A stretch of DNA of 64,000 nt from the NCBI GenBank assembly GCA_951406725.2, contig OX597829.1, forward strand, positions 51,460,001 to 51,524,000, given 5' to 3'. Origin of the DNA: Octopus vulgaris (Eukaryota). Below the pieces are notes generated by a model. That model saw only the letters and a program-made list of their open reading frames with translations. It ran no database searches and was not told where the DNA came from. The position numbers and the translations under genes are program-made. Below, piece by piece: positions 51,622 through 64,000 of the stretch (positions are counted from its first letter, which is position 1; each line of letters begins with the position of its first letter).

Positions 51622-54600
51622 TATATACTGGGATTGATTTGTTCAACTAAAACCCTTCAAGGTGGTGCCCCAGCCATGGCCACAGTCCAATGACTGAAAC
51701 AAGTAAAAGATAAAAGATATACTGGGATTGATTTGTTCAACTAAAACCCTTCAAGGTGGTGCCCCAGCATGGCCACAGTCCAATGACTGAAACAAGTAAA
51801 AGATAAAAGATATACTGGGATTGATTTGTTCAACTAAAACCCTTTAAGGTGGTGCCCCAGCATGGCCACAGTCCAATGACTGAAACAAGTAAAAGATAAA
51901 AGATATACTGGGATTGATTTGTTCAACTAAAACCCTTCAAGGTGGTGCCCCAGCATGGCCACAGTCCAATGACTGAAACAAGTAAAAGATAAAAGATATA
52001 CTGGGATTGATTTGTTCAACTAAAACCCTTCAAGGTGGTGCCCCAGCATGGCCACAGTCCAATGACTGAAACAAGTAAAAGATAAAAGATATACTGGGAT
52101 TGATTTGTTCAACTAAAACCCTTCAAGGTGGTGCCCCAGCATGGCCACAGTCCAATGACTGAAACAAGTAAAAGATAAAAGATATACTGGGATTGATTTG
52201 TTCAACTAAAACCCTTCAAGGTGGTGCCCCAGCATGGCCACAGTCCAATGACTGAAACAAGTAAAAGATAAAAGATATACTGGGATTGATTTGTTCAACT
52301 AAAACCCTTCAAGGTGGTGCCCCAGCATGGCCACAGTCCAATGACTGAAACAAGTAAAAGATATACTGGGATTGATTTGTTCAACTAAACCCTTCAAGGT
52401 GGTGCCAGATGGCCACAGTCAATGACTGAACAAGTAAAGATAAAGATGGGATTGATTTGTTCAACTAAAACCCTTCAAGGTGGTGCCCCAGCATTTGTTC
52501 AACAAAACCTTCAAGCCACAGTCCAATGACTGAAACAAGTAAAAGATAAAAGATATACTGGGATTGATTTGTTCAACTAAAACCCTTCAAGGTGGTGCCC
52601 CAGCATGGCCACAGTCCAATGACTGAAACAAGTAAAAGATAAAAGATATACTGGGATTGATTTGTTCAACTAAAACCCTTCAAGGTGGTGCCCCAGCATG
52701 GCCACAGTCCAATGACTGAAACAAGTAAAAGATAAAAGATATACTGGGATTGATTTGTTCAACTAAAACCCTTCAAGGTGGTGCCCCAGCATGGCCACAG
52801 TCCAATGACTGAAACAAGTAAAAGATAAAAGATATACTGGGATTGATTTGTTCAACTAAAACCCTTCAAGGTGGTGCCCCAGCATGGCCACAGTCCAATG
52901 ACTGAAACAAGTAAAAGATAAAAGATATACTGGGATTGATTTGTTCAACTAAAACCCTTCAAGGTGGTGCCCCAGCATGGCCACAGTCCAATGACTGAAA
53001 CAAGTAAAAGATAAAAGATATACTGGGATTGATTTGTTCAACTAAAACCCTTCAAGGTGGTGCCCCAGCATGGCCACAGTCCAATGACTGAAACAAGTAA
53101 AAGATAAAAGATATACTGGGATTGATTTGTTCAACTAAAACCCTTCAAGGTGGTGCCCCAGCATGGCCACAGTCCAATGACTGAAACAAGTAAAAGATAA
53201 AAGATATACTGGGATTGATTTGTTCAACTAAAACCCTTCAAGGTGGTGCCCCAGCATGGCCACAGTCCAATGACTGAAACAAGTAAAAGATAAAAGATAT
53301 ACTGGGATTGATTTGTTCAACTAAAACCCTTCAAGGTGGTGCCCCAGCATGGCCACAGTCCAATGACTGAAACAAGTAAAAGATAAAAGATATACTGGGA
53401 TTGATTTGTTCAACTAAAACCCTTCAAGGTGGTGCCCCAGCATGGCCACAGTCCAATGACTGAAACAAGTAAAAGATAAAAGATATACTGGGATTGATTT
53501 GTTCAACTAAAACCCTTCAGGTGGTGCCCAGCCTTCAAGGTGGTGCCCCAGCATGGCCACAGTCCAATGACTGAAACAAGTAAAAGATAAAAGATATACT
53601 GGGATTGATTTGTTCAACTAAAACCCTTCAAGGTGGTGCCCCAGCATGGCCACAGTCCAATGACTGAAACAAGTAAAAGATAAAAGATATACTGGGATTG
53701 ATTTGTTCAACTAAAACCCTTCAAGGTGGTGCCCCAGCATGGCCACAGTCCAATGACTGAAACAAGTAAAAGATAAAAGATATACTGGGATTGATTTGTT
53801 CAACTAAAACCCTTCAAGGTGGTGCCCCAGCATGGCCACAGTCCAATGACTGAAACAAGTAAAAGATAAAAGATATACTGGGATTGATTTGTTCAACTAA
53901 AACCCTTCAAGGTGGTGCCCCAGCATGGCCACAGTCCAATGACTGAAACAAGTAAAAGATAAAAGATATACTGGGATTGATTTGTTCAACTAAAACCCTT
54001 CAAGGTGGTGCCCAGCATGCACAGTCAATGACTGAAACAAGTAAAAGATAAAAATATCTGGGATTGATTTGTTCAACTAAAACCCTTCAAGGTGGTGCCC
54101 CAGCATGGCCACAGTCCAATGACTGAAACAAGTAAAAGATAAAAGATATACTGGGATTGATTTGTTCAACTAAACCTTCAAGGTGTGCCCCAGCATGGCC
54201 ACAGTCCAATGACTGAAACAAGTAAAAGATAAAAGATATACTGGGATCAATGATTAAAGATGGGATTCAAACTAAAACCCTTCAAGGTGGTGCCCCAGCA
54301 TGGCCACAGTCCAATGACTGAAACAAGTAAAAGATAAAAGATATACTGGGATTGATTTGTTCAACTAAAACCCTTCAAGGTGGTGCCCCAGCATGGCCAC
54401 AGTCCAATGACTGAAACAAGTAAAAGATAAAAGATATACTGGGATTGATTTGTTCAACTAAAACCCTTCAAGGTGGTGCCCCAGCATGGCCACAGTCCAA
54501 TGACTGAAACAAGTAAAAGATAAAAGATATACTGGGATTGATTTGTTCAACTAAAACCCTTCAAGGTGGTGCCCCAGCATGGCCACAGTGCAATGACTGA

Positions 54601-54837
54601 AACAAGTAAAAGATAAAAGATATGCTGGGATTGATTTGTTCAACTAAAACCCTTCAAGGTGGTGCCCCAGCATGGCCACAGTCCAATGACTGAAACAAGT
54701 AAAAGATAAAAGATATTAACATGTAGTAAAAGATAAAAGATATGCTGGGATTGATTTGTTCAACTAAAACCCTTCAGGAGGTGGTGCCCCAGCATGGCCA
54801 CAGTCCAATGACTGAAACAAGTAAAAGATAAAAGATA
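51622..54837 (+). repeat. Homogeneous satellite array, ~34 copies of the 93-bp SINE-A tail unit
   Basis: Unit atactgggattgatttgttcaactaaaacccttcaaggtggtgccccagcatggccacagtccaatgactgaaacaagtaaaagataaaagat. actggg at 51721 and 51814 gives a period of 93. Confidence 0.98.
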
Positions 54838-55430
54838 TTAACATGTAGTAATATTCTTGAGAGTATTTAGAATCTTACCACCTCTGCAGTTCATGACCCA
54901 CTTAAGCATTTTAACTTATTTTCCATTTAATCATAAAAGTTGTCTTTGTAACTCTTTCTAAACCTTTTCCTTCCTGAATTGTACATCTGTTTTACAGGTT
55001 ACTAAGTTTGATATGATTTTGAAATGAAAATACTTGTTCCATTTTTTCTTAACCGATGTCATTTGGGACGTGAATACTTAATCATAATGCCTACCAACAA
55101 TGTGTTGATAAATACATAATTCAATAAAGAATCTTAAACATTTCAAGACTGATATGCTTGACTTTGTAAGTTAGTTTTTAACTTGTCTTCAAAACTAATT
55201 TTGGAGTAGTTTGTTTCTTCTTTTACACAGAGCATGCTTATCAAACATCCAATTTTTTGCAACTTTGATTTAGTTGGGTGCTTGGTTGTAGAGATACGGA
55301 GTTTACTTTGAAACTATTATCTTAGAATTGTATTTCATTGGAAGCACCTTTTGGCAAAAACCTTCTATTATAGTTCTAGGTTGACCAATGACACATGAGT
55401 GAAAATCATAGACAGAAATTGTATGATTAA

Positions 55431-55702
55431 AGGTGGAGAGCTGGCAGAAATGTTAGCATGCTGGGTGAAATGCTTAGCGGTATTTTGTCTGCTGTTACTT
55501 TCTGAGTTCAAATTTCGCTGAGGTCGACTTTGCCTTTCATCCTTTCGGGGTCGATAAATTAAGTACCAGTTACGCACTGGGGTCGATGTAATCGACTTAA
55601 TACCTATGTCTGTCCTTGTTTGTCCCCTCTGTGTTTAGCCCCTTATGGGTAGTAACGAAATAGGTATTTCGTGTGTCTTTACGTTCTGAGTTCAAATTCT
55701 GC

Positions 55703-55737
<35 letters not shown>

Positions 55738-55878
55738 TCGACTTTGCCTTTCATCCTTTTGGGGTCAATAAATTAAGTACCAGTTACGCACTGGGGCCGA
55801 TGTAATTGACTTAATTCCTTTGTCTGTCATTGTTTGTGCCCTCTATGTTTAGCCCCTAGTGGGCAATAAAGAAATAAG
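55431..55878 (+). mobile_element. SINE-B dimer with an internal poly(A) run
   Basis: Junction gaaataggtatttcgt at ~55657. A ~32-nt A run at 55704-55735. Confidence 0.85.
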
Positions 55879-56900
55879 AAATTGTATGATTGTCTTTTTC
55901 ACACGCATGCACACACACTCACTACATATGTGTGTATGTGAAATTGGTCAATTGTCTATAAGTCAGAAAAAAGTCATATTCTAAAAGAAATTTTGAGCAG
56001 TTATATTCTATATAATTGTGTAGTATATCTTTGGTTATGGTAGGTCAGAAAGTTACCATTAGTTTCACAGCTACTATTGTGGTCACACAAGATGATTTTC
56101 AGGATATTTCTAAAACACTAGCAATGGACTATAAATTCATCATATTTCAAATCTTATTCATTTGCTTCCATGTTTCACTTGGTCACACCACTCAATTATA
56201 AAACAGAAAAAAAGCAAAAAAAAAAAAAGAAAAAAAAAATTAAGGCTTGCAAATGTCAAGATTATTCTCTCAGGTCAATGGAGAGAAACTTGTTTGTGTT
56301 TTTGTTTTAGCTCACTGTACCATTTTACATGGGAATACAGGAATGCTAAGAACTTGTTTCAGAACATTTCTTACACAAAGGAATAGTTATTCCTCTTGAC
56401 ATTTTAATTACTTGCAGCTTGAAAACCATAAATTGACGTGGAAACACCAATTTATGATGCAAATATTTATTGTAAGTATAAAGTATGATAGCTGGATGGT
56501 TTTTCTTTGTCATGCTTATCATTAAAATGTAAGCAATGAATGATAGAAATGATATAGCAATGAATTAAAAGGTTTGTGGTATTTAGTAATGTCGCTCTCT
56601 TATGTTCACATCCTGTCTAGGTCACACTTACACATTTCATCATTGTGTAGTTAATAAATAATTCACTGTTGCCTGCTACTCCAAAATGTGTGACCTTGTG
56701 TCTATTTTTAGAAATTCTTGTTATAGTTGTTGTTGTTCTTGTCGTCATCATTGTTGTTGTTGTTGTTGTTGTTATGCTGAAGTCAACTTTGCCATTCATC
56801 ATTTTGGTGTCAATAAAATAACAGTCAAGCACTAGGGTCAATCTAGTCAACTATTGCCCCCACCCTGCAAAATTTCAGGCCTTAGCCTATAGTAGAAAGA

Positions 56901-56942
<42 letters not shown>

Positions 56943-56944
56943 GT

Positions 56945-57541
56945 AATTACTATTTTGTCTATTATGAAAGACTCTTGGATAGTTCTTAATTACTGGTTGT
57001 TCTTTACTTGAAAGCAGGCAATAACAAATCACCAAAGGTTTCAAGTAGTACCTTCTCCTGTGACTCAAAGAGACAATACTCTCCTTAGAATGCAAGCTGT
57101 ACCCAACAATGCCATCTTCTGGATCACCTTGAGCCTGACAGCAGCTCCAATATTCTTAATATGTTTTTCAAAGCCCTTGGAAACTACTTCTAATGTTCCA
57201 ATTACCTCCGGTATCACCATAACTTTCCTATCTCATCCCGCAGTGGTTGGTATTTCTCAATCTTTTCTGTTTCCTTACATTTCACCCTCAAATCACCTGG
57301 TATTACAACATCTATTATCTTTGCTTCTTTTTCATCTTTATGGATGATCATGATATCTGGTCGTCTCACCTCTATGACTTGGTCGCACTGCATGTTAAAA
57401 TCCCAGAGTATTTTGTAATATTCGTTTTCCATTACTCCCTCTGGCTTGTATTCATACCATTGTTCGGCTTTCTTGTTTGCTTTATCACACAACAGCCAGT
57501 GGGCATATCTGGCCACATTGTCATGTCTCCTTTTGTATTTG
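56945..57541 (-). mobile_element. R4/Dong-clade LINE 3' fragment (restriction-like endonuclease), flanked by (TAA)n
   Basis: YKRRHDNVARYAHW...WYEYKPEGVMEN..KILWDFNMQCDQVIEVRRPDIMII..IIDV.IPGD..KETEKIEKYQPL (PD..D RLE signature). Confidence 0.92.
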
Positions 57542-57574
<33 letters not shown>

Positions 57575-57575
<1 letters not shown>

Positions 57576-58072
57576 GAGTGAGAGAGCAGTGCATGCCATC
57601 AAAGTGACACTGGGGTAAAATATACGAAGCCCAATATACCCATCATGACTACCCGTCTGATAAGGGTACACCAGGCACATGCATCACAACCATATGTGCG
57701 CGACATGGTGATCTCATATTAAGATAAACAGCACATGACCTTGCAGGTGGGGCCCAGTTAGAATTTTCTTCAGGTTGAGTAGCCCATCCCGCTCAAAAGG
57801 TCCCTGAATAAGGGTTGTTTAAGGATGTTGAAAGAACCACCCATGTTTCCAGAGGTGAATTATTCAAACCCCAAAGAATCCCTCTCAACACATGACTATG
57901 ATACTCCCCCACTACTTCTGCTCGTGATCAGAGATGCACATATCGTCAGCCACTAAGGGACATGCTCAACTGGTTAAGGTCAAACAACTGACAAGCAAAT
58001 CTGTGGTATTGAGCAGAATATTTGCTGTAGCCCATCTTTTATACCAAGACAAAACAATGTACATGATAACAC
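57575..58072. mobile_element. ~500-bp non-coding element (family D) embedded in (TAA)n; second copy at 63570-64000
   Basis: The two copies align by eye (gtgcatgc..aaa.tgacac.ggggtaaaatatac...tttgctgtagcccatcttt), and both abut trinucleotide repeats. Confidence 0.8.
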
Positions 58073-58393
<321 letters not shown>

Positions 58394-58820
58394 CTCTTCT
58401 TTCAATTTTGTTTTCATTTCTTGCCAAGTGTCTTCCCAACAGCTAGGGCAAAGAAACTTACTGTATACATTAGTAGGCCATTAAAATAAACACACCAGAT
58501 TGTTCATTTATGAAGTCATGTGGTAGAAAAAAAATTTTAAAAACAAGAAAAAATGAAAAAGAAGAAAACAAAGAAAATAAAGGGGATAAAAGGAAAGAAA
58601 ATTCTTAGTGACAATGATCTTCTCAATATGTTTGATGTACCAGTTGAATAATCTTGTTTATTTCTTGCATAGATGCTAATCCAGGGATCATTCTTAAATA
58701 ATTTTCAGTTCCTTTTTTTGATCATTCCAACTGTTCCTACAATCACTGCAATTGTAACTGTCTTGAGATGCCACATTTTTTTCGATTTCACTGAGCTTAT
58801 CAAATTCTTTTATTGAGATA

Positions 58821-59276
58821 CTAGCAGTATTGCCCGGCATTAATCGGGTTTGTTTCAACCCTTAGGAATTGGAATTTTTGAAAATTAAAAATTATGCATT
58901 GTAAATTTGAATGAAATTGGTTGTGTAGTTCTCAAGTTTTAGAGATTCACACAGACAGACAGATATGGCAGAAAACACGACTGAATTCAAGACCATGTGT
59001 TTTGGAAACAAGTTTGTTACCACACAGCCACACCTGCACTATGTATGTGTGTGTGTGTGTGTGTGTGCGTATGGGTGTATATATGTATGCATGTATATAT
59101 GAGTATATATATGTGTACATATTACATGTACATCTATATATATACATCTACACATACATGTATACATATACATCTATAGATATACATGCATATATATATA
59201 TATATATATATATACATCCACATATATACATGTATGTATATATATATATAGATATACATCCATATATATACATGTA

Positions 59277-59354
<78 letters not shown>

Positions 59355-59382
59355 TATATGTATACATCTATATATATATATC

Positions 59383-59442
<60 letters not shown>

Positions 59443-61344
59443 AATTGAAATTTAAAATAATATGGGTGAAAAATTGAATATTAATTTGATTAATATGAAT
59501 TTAAAACCAGTGGTGTGGAGAAGATATGATATTGCTGTGGGCTCGCTCTAGGCAAAAAGTTAAATTTTTTTTTGCCCGTGACACTACATGGACCCTAAGG
59601 AAGGCATGTGTAAAATTTGAATAAAATCGGTTGTGTAGTTCTCAAGTTTTAGGGATTCACACAGACAGACAAACAGACATTCTCAGTTTTATATATATAG
59701 ATAGCTCGGTTTCATCCGGTCTGTTTGAATGATGTGACTGTGATCGTTTTCGGTTAGGCATAATCTATTACAGCATTTCTCAATCATATCATTTCGGGTC
59801 CCCTGTTTTGATTGGAGTCTCCAGCTGTATGAAAATTTCTCCCCCACCCCCGTCAAAAAACAGCTTCAGGAGTTGTGAAGAAAGAATTTGTACGTAGTCT
59901 GTTTCTGAGAGCTATTTTATTGGACCTCTGTCTAATCATTAAAACATTTATTTAATTATGAACATAGAAAGAAATTATACATTAATCCCTATTTTTTGTA
60001 AGCAGTTGTATCCATAAAAGTTTTATTTGCAGATGGCAGAAAGTGAAAGAAGATATGTGAAATGGACGTGTGTGTGTGTGTGTGTGTGTGTGTGGCGTGC
60101 GTGCTTGCGCGTGTGTATGTGAGAGAGAAAGAGGGTGAGAAAGAGGGATAGAGTGAGTGAAGTGAAAATATCTTCGCAGAAAACACCTTCAGGAGTTGTG
60201 AAGAAAGAATTTGTACGTAGTCTATTTCTGAGAACTATTCTATTGGACCTCTGTCTAATCACGTCTTTTAAGGTATACACACGTACATAGAGAATGTGAG
60301 GTCATAGTAGAAAATGTTTACGATAGTTGATTTATGGAAAAGATTATGTGAAATCTGTGAATGAAAATGAAGTTCAGATGTCTACATGGTAGGTAGTCGT
60401 GGTAGAAATAGCAGCCAAATGTAAAGTGGAGAAGTATGGGAGAAGTCATTGTTATACGCTTATAGAAAAAAATAGACACGTACTTTTCTAGAGAAGAAAA
60501 TATAGGTGAGAGCTATTGTATTGTACATTTGAGTAATGAGAGAGCAGAAATTGAAAGAAGATATATGAAGTGGACGTGTGTGTTTGTGTGTGTGCGTGTG
60601 CGTGTGCGTGTGCGTGTGCGTGTGTGTGTGTGTGTGCGTGTGTGTGTCTTTCTGGCTTATTTGGCAGGATTTTTGCAGTCAGCACGAGGTGATTTGTATT
60701 TATATCTCCGGAGGGGTGGGAAAGCGGATCTTTTGAAGTCATGAAGTGATTGATCTCTCCCGCCCTTGTCATGCTATGTGAGTGTGAGGGATGAAGAGAG
60801 AGAGAGAGAGCGAGCGTGTGTGTGTGTGTGTGTTTGATGGGGTGTGCAATAAGGGCGAGAGAGTTAACTAAAATTTTGTTATTCACTTGTTACAGTGAGA
60901 GAAAATGTGAGTGAGTAACAGAGAAAAGGAGAGGGGTTATGTATGTTGGCGGGGGGATTCCATAAGAAAAGTTTGCCAGAGAGAGAGAGGGGGCTGGGAT
61001 AGAAAGAGCGACAGAGAGACAGCGAATACGGAGAGGGAAAGGGAGTGAGTAGAAGCTGTGAAAAGCCGTTATAGATATAAATGGGAGGGAAGGGGGAAAG
61101 AGAGAGATGGAAGAAGAAAGGGTTATAACCATTAGAGAGGAACAACAAACACTTGTCCATTTTCACTCTCTTTGCCATAGCAACCACATCTTTATTGCTT
61201 GCAAATTTTAACCATCGCAGGTCGGTTCCTCAGCACGTATTTAGTATCCCTGCCAATTTTCAGCTCGATCCTAGCACGTCTAGTGCCATTGAACCCTTAC
61301 CAAAGCCAAAGTGTCAAGTTTTTTTCCTCTTTTATATAAGTAGA
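58821..61344 (-). mobile_element. Composite Helitron-like insertion (modules 59702-61344 and 58821-59701)
   Basis: A|TCtacttatataaaa start, cccgattaatgccggg hairpin and CTAG|T end. Removing it restores the LINE codon AAT. Confidence 0.82.
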
Positions 61345-63189
61345 TTATGATTGCAAGGAATGCTCATGTCAATCAATAAACAGATTTGATTGTTTTGGTT
61401 TTTCACAATAATATCTGGTTTATTAGCTTTGACGGTCTGCTCTGTATGTACTGCAATGTCCCAAAGAATCGATACATTTTCTCCCTCAGTTGCAGCCTCA
61501 GGGTGGTGCTTGTACTATTTGTCAGCAGTTTTGATTTTATAATGTGGACATATTAACCAGTGTAGATATTGGCCAACTCTGTAGGTGCTAAAGTTCTACA
61601 CCCAGAGATAAGGTGATCCACTGTTTCAATCTCAATGTTGCAGTATCAGCACTTTGGGTATACTCCATTTTTCATCAAATTGGTTTGGTTGTTATGGATC
61701 AATAAGCTCTGATCTTGAGCAGTTAAGATAGAGCCTTCACTCTCTGCCTTTAACCCTGAGCTTTGTAGCAACTGATGGGTGTGCTTCTGGTCTACATCAA
61801 CTTGTTTGCTACAGGACACATAGTAGAGGTTTTTATTCCCACCTATCAACCTTGCAGAGGCTTTTATCCCCACCTATAGCTAATTTTTCAAATGCTTTTT
61901 CCTTTGTCATTCATTTTACTTTCTTTGCAACAACAGTTGCTGCACTTCCATCATTCTGTTCAACTTGGATAATTTGCATGAACTCACCAGTAAATTTTTT
62001 TGCTCTCCTTCTAGACAGAATGAAGCTTCTTACATCTCTCATGGTTTTTGATGAATTTTAGCATCCAGTCATTAGATGTTTCAAGACATTTGTCCAGCCC
62101 AATTGTGGTGGTTTTGTGAGAGATTTCAAATTGGACCAAACATCGACCTCCATGGGCTCTGGGAAGATAAAGACAATCTGTGTCTGCTTTTGGGAAGTGT
62201 AAGTCAACAACTGACAAATTTTCCTGTCAATTTTCTTTATTTTGTTGATATTCCAGTTCAACACATTGGAACTATAAATAACAACTGGAACTGCCAGGGA
62301 ATTTATGGCTAGCACCTTGTTACGTGCATTTAGTTCAGATTTCAGGGCTGCTTGAACTCTCCTGTAACATTCCTTCTTGATCTTCTCTTTCATGCTTGCA
62401 TGCTAAATGCCAGAACCTTCATTTATTCCTAGGTATTTGTAGGTTTGTTCCTGCTCAAGTTCTCTTATAATTGTATCAACATCTAACACCACTGAATGTC
62501 AGGTCTTCAATTTCCCTTTCTGGAAAGTGGCCTTGGCACATTTATCAAGACTAAACTTCAACCTGATGTCATTACTGAATGCTTTCACAGTAAGTAATAG
62601 GCCTTCAAGCTCATTATCGTCTTTGCCATAGATTTTTCAGTTATCCATATAAAATTTTCTTGCCAATTTTATACCCATACCCTGTTCTTTTAAATGCATT
62701 CTAATGAGTATTAGGGCTATGCAAAAGCTTAGATGTGAAAGTGTGTCACCCTGGCAAAGGTTTCTGTTGATATTGATATTATTTTAAGTTAGTACTCCAT
62801 TACATTTGAATAAATGGAGATTTGTATTCCACACTGACATGTTGTGCTTCAGGAAGTTTGAAATTACAGGAGAAATTTTGAAGATATCCAGCAATTCTAA
62901 GGTCCATGAATATGGTATGCCGTCAAAGATTTTTTATAATCAATCCATGTGGAATTGAGATCTCTGCATTTGTTATGACAGTTCTCAAGGATCATGTGAT
63001 TGATATTAGGAGTTGATCTTTGCATCCATATGAGCCACATTGGCACATTTTTTGTTCAGTGGGGAAAATATTGTTCTGTTCTATAGATGCATGTTTTCTC
63101 CACAAGAACGGACGTTAAAATTTTTTATGTGATAGATAGTTTTGGGGAAATTTAGTTTCATTATTCTTTGGAAGTAGGTAAGTAATACC

Positions 63190-63332
63190 TATTTCTTTAC
63201 TACCCACAAGGGGCTAAACACAGAGGGGACAAACAAGGACAGACATAGGTATTAAGTCGATCACATCGACCCCAGTGCGTAACTGGTACTTAATTTATCA
63301 ACCACGAAAGGATGAAAGGCAAAGTCCACCTC
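63190..63332 (-). mobile_element. 5'-truncated SINE-B with a target-site duplication
   Basis: ggaagtaggtaagtaatacc at both 63170-63189 and 63333-63352. Confidence 0.88.
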
Positions 63333-63445
63333 GGAAGTAGGTAAGTAATACCACTTACTAACCAATCAAGTGTCGTCGTCTTCTTCTTCTTCTTCTCCTC
63401 CTCCTCTGCCTTCTTCTTCTTCACCACTACCACCACCACCTCCAC

Positions 63446-63572
<127 letters not shown>

Positions 63573-64000
63573 AAGTGATAGAGTAGTGCATGCATTCAAA
63601 ATGACACCGGGGTAAAATATACAAAGCCCAGGTGATCTCATATGAAGATAAACAGCACATGACCTTGCAGGTGGGGGCCCAGTTAGAATTTTCTTCAGGT
63701 CAAGTAGTCCATCCCATTCAATAAGGATGTTTAAAGTTCCTGAATAAGGATTGTTTAAGGATGTTGAATGAAACACCCATGTTTCCAGAGGTGAATTATT
63801 CAAACCCCAAAGAATTCCTCTCAACACATGGCTGTTATGCTCCCCCACTACTTCTGCTTGTGATCAGAGATCCACATAATGCCAGCCACTAAGGGACACG
63901 CTCAACTGGTTAAGGTGAAACAACTGACTAGCAAATCTGTGGTATTGAGCAGATTATTTGCTGTAGCCCATCTTTAATACCAATAGAAAACATGTACATG

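Noticed and set aside
51721-51813. Hammerhead ribozyme in the 93-bp unit (hairpin cagtc-caat-gactg followed by gaaac)
   Set aside because: No CUGANGA upstream of the hairpin on either strand.
51622-54837. CRISPR-like array
   Set aside because: The units are contiguous identical 93-mers with no unique spacers. There are no cas genes, the context is eukaryotic, and the unit is a SINE tail.

Overview
Eukaryotic, AT-rich, repeat-dominated DNA. The SINE families, RTE/Dong/Penelope remnants and microsatellite load point to a coleoid cephalopod, probably Octopus (inferred, not proven). Almost every long ORF in the supplied track is a microsatellite artefact. Decayed mobile elements: RTE-clade LINEs with an internal PHD-like Cys/His cluster, two R4/Dong LINEs in (TAA)n, two Penelope-like RT fragments, a Gypsy integrase tail, a mariner fragment and several hAT transposase relics. 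Also present are three SINE-like families, non-autonomous Helitrons and piggyBac/hAT/Harbinger-type MITEs. Main points for follow-up: (i) minimal type I hammerhead ribozymes, three in a ~200-bp repeat family plus one unrelated copy; (ii) two inverted tandem arrays, 36 kb apart, of the same 93-bp SINE-tail unit; (iii) head-to-tail SINE multimers with a fixed junction; (iv) a (TAA)n landing pad stacked with three insertions; (v) a 2.5-kb composite Helitron that splits a LINE codon exactly; (vi) a tentative 5-exon host gene (~150 aa, + strand) downstream of a CpG-retaining promoter-like zone, with an apparently mutated exon-2 acceptor. All calls come from manual reading and translation. No database search was run.
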